Sequence record: PP180005
DNA from: Escherichia phage mEp554
Strand: one strand, 5' to 3'
DNA: 53,846 nt
Notes under the pieces: model-generated
Seen by the model: only the letters and a program-made list of their open reading frames with translations
Database searches by the model: none
What the model was told of the DNA's origin: nothing
Made by a program: the position numbers and the translations under genes
Shown here: in pieces, positions 41,660 to 50,745 of the stretch
Layout of the letters: each line of letters opens with the position of its first letter
Numbering within the stretch: position 1 is the stretch's first letter

Positions 41660-42013
41660 ATGCCGGAAGTTTTCAGATGGACGCCGCAAAGAAGCTACAG
41701 CGTGACCAGGGAACCAAATGTGTCGGTCGTTAAACTTGGTGATGGTTATGAACAGCGCCAGGCGAAAGGGATTAACACGTTGCTTGATAGCTACACCCTG
41801 GTTTTTAAAGGCAGTAGCGCAGGATGCGGTGATAGTGGGAACGTGGCGATCCAGGCAGAAGCATTCTTGAGGGCGCGCGGCGCTGTCGAGGCTTTTTACT
41901 GGTCGCCGTCTATGGATGGTGTGCAAAGGCTTTTTGTTTGCCGTAGCTGGAGTATGACAAAGGACGGGCCTGTATACACGCTAAACGCAACATTTGAGCA
42001 AGTTGTTGGCTAG
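41660..42013 (+). CDS. Minor tail protein M (lambda gpM-like)
   Basis: 117 aa. FRW.P......P.V..V.LGDGY.QR ... ends FEQVV, as I recall for lambda M. Confidence 0.8.
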   Translation: MPEVFRWTPQRSYSVTREPNVSVVKLGDGYEQRQAKGINTLLDSYTLVFKGSSAGCGDSGNVAIQAEAFLRARGAVEAFYWSPSMDGVQRLFVCRSWSMTKDGPVYTLNATFEQVVG

Positions 42014-42024
42014 TGGGGGTTAAT

Positions 42025-42210
42025 ATGTACGGGACTTGTGTAGTTGACAAAACTGACGCATTTACATTATTTGACGACTATGAGATCAACGACCTTACTG
42101 TAAAGGCTGACAATGGCGATACATGGTATCTTCATGATGTTGGTGACGGGTATGTGGGATGCAGATCCAGGGAAGGCAAGGAGGTTTTATTTTTGGTTGA
42201 TGGCGTGTAA
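42025..42210 (+). CDS. Hypothetical protein (61 aa)
   Basis: ATG 42025 after GGGGG. Confidence 0.5.
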   Translation: MYGTCVVDKTDAFTLFDDYEINDLTVKADNGDTWYLHDVGDGYVGCRSREGKEVLFLVDGV

Positions 42211-42214
42211 TAAC

Positions 42215-42240
42215 AACCCCGCTTCGTGCGGGGTTTTCTT
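42215..42240 (+). terminator. Rho-independent terminator (one of two near-identical copies)
   Basis: AACCCCGC-TTCGT-GCGGGGTT followed by TTCTT. Near-duplicate at 50718-50745. Confidence 0.8.
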
Positions 42241-42241
42241 G

Positions 42242-42379
42242 TTAGTAGTGAATATACAGCAAACTCATTGGGTGAGCGTGCGCCATATTATTGGCTATCG
42301 CCGCCCAGTCCCAATCTGCAGCATGAGCGCCAAATACTATCAGTCCCATTATTATTAGCGCCAAAACTTCTATTTTCAT
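42242..42379 (-). CDS. 45-aa secreted micro-protein (signal peptide MKIEVLALIIMGLIVFGAHA, then ADWDWAAIANNMAHAHPMSLLYIHY)
   Basis: SD GGTGA. AxA cleavage motif. Confidence 0.5.
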   Translation of the reverse strand: MKIEVLALIIMGLIVFGAHAADWDWAAIANNMAHAHPMSLLYIHY

Positions 42380-42389
42380 AATCTGTCAC

Positions 42390-42638
42390 CTATAAGTTAT
42401 CACGCAGATAATTAACGCCCTTATCAGTGACGAATGAATGATTAACCTGGTTTTCATCCGTCATAATGATGAATAACTTTTCTTGTAGGTACTTAGCTTT
42501 CGGGTACAACGTTAAACAAACCTGATACAAAATCCCGCGCTCAATCAGCAAATCAATAAATTCGTGTTCATGATAACCGATGATGCGGGCGGCCTGTTTC
42601 AACGTGTACACATAATCACCGTGATTGCGCCGCCCCAT
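42390..42638 (-). CDS. 82-aa KilAC-like DNA-binding domain protein
   Basis: ORF track. YTLKQAARIIG...F..LL.ERGILY...P...Y...LF...T.KG..YL pattern recalled for KilAC. Confidence 0.5.
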   Translation of the reverse strand: MGRRNHGDYVYTLKQAARIIGYHEHEFIDLLIERGILYQVCLTLYPKAKYLQEKLFIIMTDENQVNHSFVTDKGVNYLRDNL

Positions 42639-42647
42639 GCTGCCGCC

Positions 42648-42998
42648 TTATTTATCGAATGCGCTCAGGTTATCGATGCAGAAGTCTTTCGCAGCTTTTT
42701 CGTATTCGCGTTTTGCTTGCGGATTGTCTGCCGGGAAACCTTTTGCGTGTATTTCACCAGGGCAAGCCTGATCCATAGAATCTGCAAAGTTAACATTGGC
42801 GTTGAAGTTAATATCTTTCGGGTTCATCTCTTCCACCTTATCCGGCACTTGTACAGGAATAACATAATAATCACGAGCATTAGACCAACAGCGGAGCAAT
42901 TCGCAACCTTCATTGCGCGCTGATTCGAATGTGTCAAATAGTCCCATGCTTTCCCATTCACATTTATCAGTCCACACGTCTAATCTGTATTTTTTCAT
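42648..42998 (-). CDS. Hypothetical moron protein (116 aa)
   Basis: ORF track. Confidence 0.55.
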   Translation of the reverse strand: MKKYRLDVWTDKCEWESMGLFDTFESARNEGCELLRCWSNARDYYVIPVQVPDKVEEMNPKDINFNANVNFADSMDQACPGEIHAKGFPADNPQAKREYEKAAKDFCIDNLSAFDK

Positions 42999-43170
42999 TT
43001 TTTGCTACAACCTCCCATTTGACAGGTTCGATCCTGTACCCCAAAACGCGTTCGTCTTCAGCGAGTAAGAGCGCGTCGGTAAGTGCCTCGCCTTCATCTT
43101 TATACAGGGCCACAGTCATTTTCCTGCCATCCGCAAGGAACACCGTCAACCTCCACACCTTATCATCCAT
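42967..43170 (-). CDS. Hypothetical moron protein (67 aa from ATG 43170)
   Basis: SD GGAGGTG 5 nt upstream of ATG 43170. The ORF track extends to 43245. Confidence 0.5.
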   Translation of the reverse strand: MDDKVWRLTVFLADGRKMTVALYKDEGEALTDALLLAEDERVLGYRIEPVKWEVVAKNEKIQIRRVD

Positions 43171-43184
43171 TTCACACCTCCGCG

Positions 43185-43286
43185 CCATTTTGTTAATCAT
43201 GCTTCCTTTTGAGTACAATATACATACTGTAAAAAACGCGATCAACCGTTTTGGTATGATTTAGCGTGATGGCGATCACAAAATGA
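43185..43286. promoter_or_regulatory. Divergent regulatory region: CCATTTTGTTAA (43185-43196); minus-strand promoter (-10 TATATT 43217-43222, -35 TTGATC 43240-43245); CRP-type palindrome CGTGATGGCGATCACA (43265-43280) merging into ATCACAAAATGA
   Basis: Near-consensus hexamers with a 17-nt spacer on the minus strand. The palindrome centre lies about 61-62 bp upstream of that promoter's predicted start. Confidence 0.55.
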
Positions 43287-43298
43287 CAAGGTGATAAA

Positions 43299-44003
43299 AT
43301 GCGCAACATACCTACAGAGATGATTATTGATTCCGTCGATGCCGGAGTCGGCGCTGTAATTGACTTGTTTGAATTAGACCTCACGCCCCTGGGTGGCGAG
43401 GTTATCCGCTTCCATTCCGGCGCTAATGGCTATTACGGCCCGGTTATCTGGAAGGGCTTGGCTTACAACAGCTACCCGATCGAGGCTACTGGCTTCGAAA
43501 TGAAAAACGAAGGTGTTTACTCACGCCCACAAATGGTAGTGGCAAACATTGGCGGCCTAATCACTGGGATGAATAACGATTTTAACGACCTGCGAGGAAT
43601 GAAGGTTACGCGCCGCCAGGTGGAAGTAAAATACCTGGACGCCGTCAACTTCCCCAATGGCAACCCGGATGCAGATCCATCTATTGAGGCTGTATCTTTT
43701 TACGTCGTTGAGGCGATGAGCGAAGAAACAGCCGACCAGGTGCAATATGAACTGTCAACGCCAATTGACGCTGACAAGGCGGTTATTCCAGGGCGCACAA
43801 TCCTCGCTGACGTTTGCCAATGGCAATACCGTGGCGACGGTTGCGGATACAGTGGCGGCCCTGTAGCTACTGAAAAAGACGAATCGACCAGCGATCCTAA
43901 GCTGGATAAGTGCAGCCACCGCCTGAGCGGTTGCCGTTTGCGTTTTCCGCGCCCGAACCCGTTACCAATTTCATGTTTCCCTGGATCAAGCAAGGTCGGT
44001 TAA
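43299..44003 (+). CDS. Minor tail protein L (lambda gpL-like)
   Basis: 234 aa. Collinear with my recollection of lambda L (RF....N......W.G..Y...PI...GFE...G...RP.....N ... C.W.YRGD.CGYSG ... DKCS..LSGC..RF). Confidence 0.85.
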   Translation: MRNIPTEMIIDSVDAGVGAVIDLFELDLTPLGGEVIRFHSGANGYYGPVIWKGLAYNSYPIEATGFEMKNEGVYSRPQMVVANIGGLITGMNNDFNDLRGMKVTRRQVEVKYLDAVNFPNGNPDADPSIEAVSFYVVEAMSEETADQVQYELSTPIDADKAVIPGRTILADVCQWQYRGDGCGYSGGPVATEKDESTSDPKLDKCSHRLSGCRLRFPRPNPLPISCFPGSSKVG

Positions 44004-44005
44004 TT

Positions 44006-44737
44006 ATGGCACTTGAAGATAAAATGATTCGCTATGCGGCAGCCCACCAGGAAGAGGAAGTGTGCGGGCTGGTGATAGATAACGATTATTTTTACCCGTG
44101 CGCTAACGTGTCTGAAACGCCTCACAACAGCTTTAAAATCTCGCCTGACGATTATATCAAAGCTGACGAATTAGGCGTTATAACCGCCGTTTTTCACTCC
44201 CATACTGACAATTCGTTGATATTGTCAGCGCTGGATCGACAACAGCAGGTTATTTCCGGCATGCCGTGGTATTTGTGTTCCGGCGGCAGGGTAAGAAAAT
44301 TCCGCCCGGTGGCGCACCTGTTAGGACGTAAATTTGAACACGGGAAAGCAGATTGTTACTCGCTTTTCCGTGACGCATATCATCTTTGCGGCGTGGATCT
44401 GCCGGACTTTGAGCGCCACGATGGGTGGTGGCTGCGTGGGGAAAACCTGTACATAAAGAACCTGCCATTGCACGGGTTTTTCATGGTTGACGCTCAAAGC
44501 ATTCAGCCCGGTGATGTGATTATCCGTCAGCCATTTAAAGGCGCTGACCCATGCCACGCGATGATTTACCTGGGCGATAACACTGTTTTGCATCATGACA
44601 ATGCCGGACTGTTAAGCCGCCGCGAGCAAATGCGGCCCGCGTATGTTCGACAGACCAATTCAATATGGAGATCTGACAAATGCTCAAATTTAGATTTACG
44701 GGCAATCTTCGAAGATATTACGGCAAGGTGTGTTTGA
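44006..44737 (+). CDS. Tail assembly protein K (MPN/JAMM plus NlpC/P60 domains)
   Basis: ATG 44006. EVCG...FHSHT (JAMM-like), then GKADCYSL...H (NlpC/P60-like). Confidence 0.8.
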   Translation: MALEDKMIRYAAAHQEEEVCGLVIDNDYFYPCANVSETPHNSFKISPDDYIKADELGVITAVFHSHTDNSLILSALDRQQQVISGMPWYLCSGGRVRKFRPVAHLLGRKFEHGKADCYSLFRDAYHLCGVDLPDFERHDGWWLRGENLYIKNLPLHGFFMVDAQSIQPGDVIIRQPFKGADPCHAMIYLGDNTVLHHDNAGLLSRREQMRPAYVRQTNSIWRSDKCSNLDLRAIFEDITARCV

Positions 44738-45210
44738 ACGTTGATACACCAGCCCAGGGACTTGGCTTGCTGGTTGCGCAGAATCATGAGTTCAAAAAGG
44801 CGTTTTTAAGCACCCCGTTGCGTTTACGAATTGCCGGGAAAGATTATGACGAAAAGACCGCGCCCGCAGCGGTTAATAGTAAATATCCAGATGGTACTAC
44901 CGTCATTGTTGCGCCAGTGGTGGAAGGTGGTATTGCAGGGATTGGCGTTGTAGGCTGGATTTTGATCGGTGTTTCGGTTGTTAGCGTTGCGTTCTCGATC
45001 TTCATGTCTCGCAATATGAAGATAAAAACATCAGCAGAAAGCGCACAAGATAACACCATATCTAACAACACATACACCAGCGTTGAAAACAAGGTTGGCC
45101 AGGGTAGACCAGTGCCGATCCTGTTGGGTGAAATGAAAATAGGTTCAAACGTCGGATCGTTAGGCATAGACACAAGTAACAACAAAGACGCCTTAGACGT
45201 TGTAAGTTAA
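44680..45210 (+). CDS. Tail assembly protein I (lambda gpI-like)
   Basis: 176 aa. SD GGAGA. Internal hydrophobic segment. Position between K and J. Confidence 0.7.
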   Translation: MLKFRFTGNLRRYYGKVCLNVDTPAQGLGLLVAQNHEFKKAFLSTPLRLRIAGKDYDEKTAPAAVNSKYPDGTTVIVAPVVEGGIAGIGVVGWILIGVSVVSVAFSIFMSRNMKIKTSAESAQDNTISNNTYTSVENKVGQGRPVPILLGEMKIGSNVGSLGIDTSNNKDALDVVS

Positions 45211-45224
45211 CAGGAGAAAAGGCC

Positions 45225-48200
45225 ATGAGTAGCGGCGGCGGCAAAGCCAAAACACCAACATTATTAAACGATAACCTGTATCATAAACAGTTTTATCGTG
45301 TTTTAGACATTCTCAGCGAGGGGCCGATATACGGACCTGTAAACCAGAAAGCGCCATTAAACAGCGTAATGCTTAATGACACGCCTATCACTGACGCCAA
45401 CGGTAATACATCAGTCCCCGGCGTTAGCGTGGCGTGGCGCAATGGTACTGCTGACCAGTCACCAATCAACGGCTTCAACGCCATTGAATCAACCGTTATT
45501 GTCAACGCAAAAGTAACTCACGATACGCCAATAATCAGGACCGTTTCAGATCCAAACGTTAACCGCGTAAGGCTGAATCTTGGCGTTGATTCTCTGGTTC
45601 AGTCAGATGATAAGGGCAATCAATACAATACATCAGTTACGTTGATGGTTGACGTTAAGCCTTCATCTTCAACAACGTGGTCACTGGTTAAGGATATTCA
45701 CATTGGCCCGGGTAAGCAAAGCGGCGAGTACCTCGAAGCGCACATCATCAAAGCACCGGATGAAAAACCGTTTGACATTCGCGTTCGTCGCGTAACGCCG
45801 GACAGCACTGGCGATCTACTTCACAATGATACCAGGTGGAGCAGTTACAGCGAGATAATCGACGATAATTTGTCTTATCCTCATACCGCTGTAGCAGGCG
45901 CGGTAATTGACCACGATCAGTATACTGACACGCCGACACGTACTTATCACATGCGCGGCCTTATTGTTGACGTGCCTGATAACTACGACCCGGAAACGCG
46001 CACGTACTCAGGTTTATGGCTTGGTGGCTTTAAAAAGGCGTACACCAACAACCCTGCGTGGCTTTTCCGGTATCTGGTTAAAAATGAACGCTTCGGGCTT
46101 GCCCGCCACGCTGGTTACATCGACGTTGATGACGGCGCACTGTATACGCTTTCTCAATACTGCGACCAGTTGGTAAACGACGGTTACGGCGGCCTTGAAC
46201 CACGCATGACGCTTAACGCTTACATCACGGAGCAAATGAGCGCCCGCGACTTGCTGGATAACATTGCAGGCATGTTCCGTGGTATCGCATTATGGGACGG
46301 GCAGCGCCTTACGGTGATGATTGATGCACCGCAGGATCCAATTGCCACCATCACAAATGCAAACGTTGTTGATGGTGCGTTTACTCGTTCAAGTATCGCC
46401 CGCGCAGAATCTTACAACGCCGTGATTGTGTCATGGACTGACCCGGAAAACGGTTGGGAACAATCAAAAGAATACGTGGCAGATGATGAACTGATCGCCC
46501 GCGATGGTTACAACGAAACCACGTTGGAGGCTTTCGGTTGCACGTCACGCGGGCAGGCGTACCGCGCTGGCAAATGGCTGATAGAAACAGCAAAACGCGA
46601 ACCCTCAAAATTCACGTTTAAAATGGCCCGTGACGCAATTCACTTCACACCAGGGGATATTATCGAGATACTCGACAATAACCGCGCAGGCGCTCGTTTA
46701 GGCGGTCGCATAGTGGCGAATAATGGGAAAGTTATAACTGTAGACAAAGTTGATTCTGACCTGGTGGCGGCTGGTGACACTATCAGCTTACTGGACAGCG
46801 ACGGCAAGTTTAAAAAACATCAGATCACTGGGGTTAACGGAAACAATATTACCCTTGCGTCAGCGCCCGCATGGATTCGTAACGGAACCGTGTTTGCTGT
46901 ATCGACTGAATCTGCAAAACCCGTTCTGTGTCGAATTACCAGCGTAGCGGAAACCGAAAACAACAGCGTGTACACCATCGAGGCTGCACAGCACGATCCG
47001 CATAAACAGGCTGTAGTTGATGAAGGCGCAATCTTCGAGGTAAACAACGACACGCTTAATCACTTCCGCGTGCCGAACATTGAAAATCTGAAGGTGTTAA
47101 ACGTTGGTTCTGAGACAGTACAATGCCGCGCAACATGGGAAACACAGACGACAACGCATCGCCTGACCTTTGAAATACGCGTATATAACACCGAAGGCCG
47201 CATTGTGGCAACTTATGAAACCACGAATTACCGCTATGATTTTTATGGCCTCGACGCTGGCAGCTACACTATTGGTATTCGCGGGCGTAATGACACTGGC
47301 ATGAAGGGTGCGGAAAGTATTGTGGACCTGGTTATTGGTGCGCCAGCGGCCCCGATTGGAGTCAATTGGGTTCCTGGTGTCTTCCAGGCAACGGTATATC
47401 CGATCAGCAAAACAACCCTGACCACTGACACGGCATATGATTTCTACTACTCAGGTGAAAATCAGATCACTGACCCGTCAAAAGTAACCACGCTGGCACA
47501 GTTTACCGGGCGCGGCTACCAATGGACTTTTGGAGGCATGAACACGGGACACACCTATTACGTTTATGTGCGCACGCGTAATGCCTTTGGTGTGTCAGAC
47601 TTCGTTGAGGTATCAGGTAAACCAACTGAAAACTTCGATGAAATCAGCGACTACGTGATGAAGGATGTCATGGAGTCAGAACAGTTCAAAGATATGATTG
47701 GCGACATTAAAGATCTTGGCGACCGCGCTGATCTTATCGAAAGCGCTACAAATGACCTGAAAAACGCTACTGACAACCTCAAAACTGCAACTGATAACCT
47801 GACAAACATCACTGACGATTTGAGGGTTGAAACTGACAACCTGACAAACATCACTGACGAATTGAGGACTGATACGGACGGCCTAATCACAGAAACAGGG
47901 GCCATAAAAGCTGACACAGACACACTGAAAAAAGAAACGGAAGATCTCTATAAAAAGGTTGAGGAAAACGCCGACGATATTGGACAGCATGAGGCAAGAA
48001 TAGATTCTCTTGAGGTATCTAGCGAAAAAGTTGGCAGTGAACTGGCGCAAGCAAAAGCAAGCCTGCAAAACGCGTCATTGGCGCTTATCAACAACTCCCT
48101 TGCTCAGACCAACACGCGGGTTACTCTCACTGCACAGTACAAGAAAGGCAGGACAGAGACGAAGGCTGAAATTGACCGCATCGACAACGTTATTGCTGAA

Positions 48201-50711
48201 GAGAAAAAGGCTACAGCGGAATCACTGGAAACCATCACAGCAGAAATGAACACGATGGATTCTAATCTTAAGGGTCAGATCTCCAACGTGGAACGCGCAG
48301 TGGCTGACGAATCAAGCGCCCGCGCTGAAGCAATCAACGGCGTTAACGCATCAATAAGCAATCTCGACAAGAAAACCGACGCCAGCGTCAATAGACTTGA
48401 TCAGGCCATCGCAGACGAAACGAACGCCCGCACACAGGCAGTCAGTGACGTTAACGCGAGTGTCTCATCGCTAGACAAGAAAACTGACGCCAGCGTGAAA
48501 CGCCTGGATCAAGCAATAGCAGACGAAACCAGCGCAAGAACTGAAGCCATCAGCGGTGTGAATGCGTCAATTTCCACGCTTGATAGCAAGGTAACAAGCA
48601 ATGTAACGCGCATAGATAAATCTATCGCCGACGAAACGAAGGCCCGCACTGACGCAATCAGCGGGGTCAAAGCAAGTATTGACACACTTGAAGGTAACAC
48701 CAATTCAGAAGTTAAACGCCTTGATCAGTCGATTGCCGACGAGGCCAGCGCCCGCGCCCAGGCTGTGAGCGATGTTAAAGCATCAATAAGCAACCTTGAA
48801 AGCAAAACTGACGCCAGCGTTTCACGTCTCGACAAGGCAATTGCAGACGAAACACAGGCAAGAAGCGCTGCAATAACAGATGTTAAGGCTGATTTGACAA
48901 CGCTTGAAAACAGCACAAACGCCAGCGTTAAACGTTTGGATCAGGCTATTGCAGACGAATCAAGCGCCCGCGCTGAAGCAATCTCAGGCATTAACGCGGA
49001 GATCGGCAGCATTGAAAATAGCGTTGACAAAAACAGCGATGATATAAATCAGACAAAAGCAAGCCTGCAAAACGCATCTATTGCTCTGATTAACAACTCA
49101 ATCGCTCAAACCAACACGCGTGTTACGCTTACGGCCCAATACAAGAAAGGACGCAAAGAAACCAACGCGCAAATTGACCGTATTGACAATGTTATCGCAG
49201 AAGAGAAAAAGGCTACAGCCGAATCAATTGGCGTGGTAAAAGCATCGATCACGGATCTTGATAAGAAAACCGATGCCAGCGTTTCGCGTCTCGATAAAGC
49301 AATTGCAGACGAAACCAACGCACGCAGCCAGGCGGTGAGCGACGTTAACGCAAGCATTTCAGCGCTCGACAAGAAAACCGATGCCAGCGTTAAGCGTCTG
49401 GATCAAGCTATTGCAAATGAAACCAGCGCACGCAGCGAGGCAATCAGCGGCGTGAATGCAAGCATTAACACCCTTGAAAGCAACACCGAATCCGAAGTTA
49501 GCAGACTGGACCAGGCAATTGCTGACGAGGCCAGCGCCAGAGCGCAAGCCATCAGTGGTGTGAATGCGTCAATTTCAACCCTTGATGGCAAGGTTACAAG
49601 CAACGTGACCCGCATCGACAAAGCCATTGCAGACGAAACGAAGGCACGCACAGACGCAATCAGTAGCCTCAATTCATCGCTTACCAGTACGATTAACTCG
49701 AAGGTGTCTGAGGTATCAACGGCGCTTTCTACACATGAAGCATCAAGCGCGGAAAAATTCGGCCAGATCTCAGCGTCTTTCGAATCTGTAAACTCAAGTA
49801 TTACAGAATGGTCGCAGGCTATGGCAACGGCTGACGAGGCATTGTCAACCAAAATTGATCAGTTAACAGTAACCGTTAACGGTAACAAAACGGCGATCGA
49901 GACGACATCGAACGCGCTAACCGATTTCAAGGGTAACGTTGATGCGTCGTATTCCATCAAGCTGGCAACCGATAACAACGGCATGAAGTACGCTACAGGT
50001 ATGTCGCTTGGCCTGACTGGTAACGGTACAAACTTTCAATCGCAGTGTATTTTCCTTGTTGACCGCTTCGTGTTAATGACAGCAGCAAACGGCACATATA
50101 CAACGCCTTTCTATATGTCTAATGGTGCAATGTATGTGAAAGAAGCGTTTATTAAAAACGCATCAATAGGAGAAGCCAAAATTGCAAACGCTGCAATCAC
50201 ATCAGCCAAAATCGCACAGCAAATACAGTCAACAGAATTTGTTAAAAACTCAAAAGGCTGGATGATTAACAAAGATGGGTGGGCTGAGTTCAATAGCGTT
50301 ACGGTGAGGGGTACTGTGTATGCTACGGACGGTAAGTTCGCCGGTTCACTTGAGGCGAAAACCTTTATCGGTGATGTTGCAAATATGTATACAGGAGGTG
50401 ACGTTAGCAGGTTAAATGATGGCGTACTGGAAAAAACAATTACATACAACGATACATCTAACGCAGCGTACAGACGACACATCTGCGTTATGGCAAACGT
50501 TAAAGGTTTTGGTGGCTGTACAATAACTATCGGAAGTTCAGAAAAATCCCTTTCTATGAGTGGAGACGAACGCCTTGTCATGCATTCAGCGGCAATAACT
50601 ACCAGTGGCGTTACAGTTAAAATTAAGGTATCCGCTCAAAATGGTAGGGGTGCATATATAAATTCGCCGACCGTCATTGTGTCGCGCGGTTCTGGTTCAT
50701 TCTCAGGATAA
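45225..50711 (+). CDS. Central tail fiber / host specificity protein J with a greatly expanded coiled-coil repeat region
   Basis: 1828 aa. The N-terminal about 800 aa are collinear with lambda J up to the FN3 domain. The C-terminal part (MKYATGMSLGL...FLVDRFVL) is also J-like. About 770 aa of repeats lie between. Confidence 0.85.
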   Translation: MSSGGGKAKTPTLLNDNLYHKQFYRVLDILSEGPIYGPVNQKAPLNSVMLNDTPITDANGNTSVPGVSVAWRNGTADQSPINGFNAIESTVIVNAKVTHDTPIIRTVSDPNVNRVRLNLGVDSLVQSDDKGNQYNTSVTLMVDVKPSSSTTWSLVKDIHIGPGKQSGEYLEAHIIKAPDEKPFDIRVRRVTPDSTGDLLHNDTRWSSYSEIIDDNLSYPHTAVAGAVIDHDQYTDTPTRTYHMRGLIVDVPDNYDPETRTYSGLWLGGFKKAYTNNPAWLFRYLVKNERFGLARHAGYIDVDDGALYTLSQYCDQLVNDGYGGLEPRMTLNAYITEQMSARDLLDNIAGMFRGIALWDGQRLTVMIDAPQDPIATITNANVVDGAFTRSSIARAESYNAVIVSWTDPENGWEQSKEYVADDELIARDGYNETTLEAFGCTSRGQAYRAGKWLIETAKREPSKFTFKMARDAIHFTPGDIIEILDNNRAGARLGGRIVANNGKVITVDKVDSDLVAAGDTISLLDSDGKFKKHQITGVNGNNITLASAPAWIRNGTVFAVSTESAKPVLCRITSVAETENNSVYTIEAAQHDPHKQAVVDEGAIFEVNNDTLNHFRVPNIENLKVLNVGSETVQCRATWETQTTTHRLTFEIRVYNTEGRIVATYETTNYRYDFYGLDAGSYTIGIRGRNDTGMKGAESIVDLVIGAPAAPIGVNWVPGVFQATVYPISKTTLTTDTAYDFYYSGENQITDPSKVTTLAQFTGRGYQWTFGGMNTGHTYYVYVRTRNAFGVSDFVEVSGKPTENFDEISDYVMKDVMESEQFKDMIGDIKDLGDRADLIESATNDLKNATDNLKTATDNLTNITDDLRVETDNLTNITDELRTDTDGLITETGAIKADTDTLKKETEDLYKKVEENADDIGQHEARIDSLEVSSEKVGSELAQAKASLQNASLALINNSLAQTNTRVTLTAQYKKGRTETKAEIDRIDNVIAEEKKATAESLETITAEMNTMDSNLKGQISNVERAVADESSARAEAINGVNASISNLDKKTDASVNRLDQAIADETNARTQAVSDVNASVSSLDKKTDASVKRLDQAIADETSARTEAISGVNASISTLDSKVTSNVTRIDKSIADETKARTDAISGVKASIDTLEGNTNSEVKRLDQSIADEASARAQAVSDVKASISNLESKTDASVSRLDKAIADETQARSAAITDVKADLTTLENSTNASVKRLDQAIADESSARAEAISGINAEIGSIENSVDKNSDDINQTKASLQNASIALINNSIAQTNTRVTLTAQYKKGRKETNAQIDRIDNVIAEEKKATAESIGVVKASITDLDKKTDASVSRLDKAIADETNARSQAVSDVNASISALDKKTDASVKRLDQAIANETSARSEAISGVNASINTLESNTESEVSRLDQAIADEASARAQAISGVNASISTLDGKVTSNVTRIDKAIADETKARTDAISSLNSSLTSTINSKVSEVSTALSTHEASSAEKFGQISASFESVNSSITEWSQAMATADEALSTKIDQLTVTVNGNKTAIETTSNALTDFKGNVDASYSIKLATDNNGMKYATGMSLGLTGNGTNFQSQCIFLVDRFVLMTAANGTYTTPFYMSNGAMYVKEAFIKNASIGEAKIANAAITSAKIAQQIQSTEFVKNSKGWMINKDGWAEFNSVTVRGTVYATDGKFAGSLEAKTFIGDVANMYTGGDVSRLNDGVLEKTITYNDTSNAAYRRHICVMANVKGFGGCTITIGSSEKSLSMSGDERLVMHSAAITTSGVTVKIKVSAQNGRGAYINSPTVIVSRGSGSFSG
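48288..49712 (+). repeat. Eleven copies of a 108-bp (36-aa) tandem repeat in two blocks (48288-49034; 49227-49712) within a roughly 1-kb segmental duplication
   Basis: Unit V.RLDQAIADE..AR..A.S.VNASIS.LD.KTDAS. A duplicated 174-bp segment at 48054-48227 and 49056-49229 (KASLQNAS.ALINNS.AQTNTRVTLTAQYKKGR...). Confidence 0.85.
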
Positions 50712-50717
50712 AAAAAC

Positions 50718-50745
50718 AACCCCGCTTCGCGCGGGGTTTTCTTTT
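50718..50745 (+). terminator. Rho-independent terminator after J (near-duplicate of 42215-42240)
   Basis: AACCCCGC-TTCGC-GCGGGGTT followed by TTCTTTT. Confidence 0.8.

Noticed and set aside
49403-49852. Minus-strand ORFs inside J (49403-49852, 50111-50581, 48509-48916, 49106-49547)
   Set aside because: Antisense to the J repeat region. Their periodic Ala/Ser/Leu composition mirrors the sense-strand repeats. No start context.
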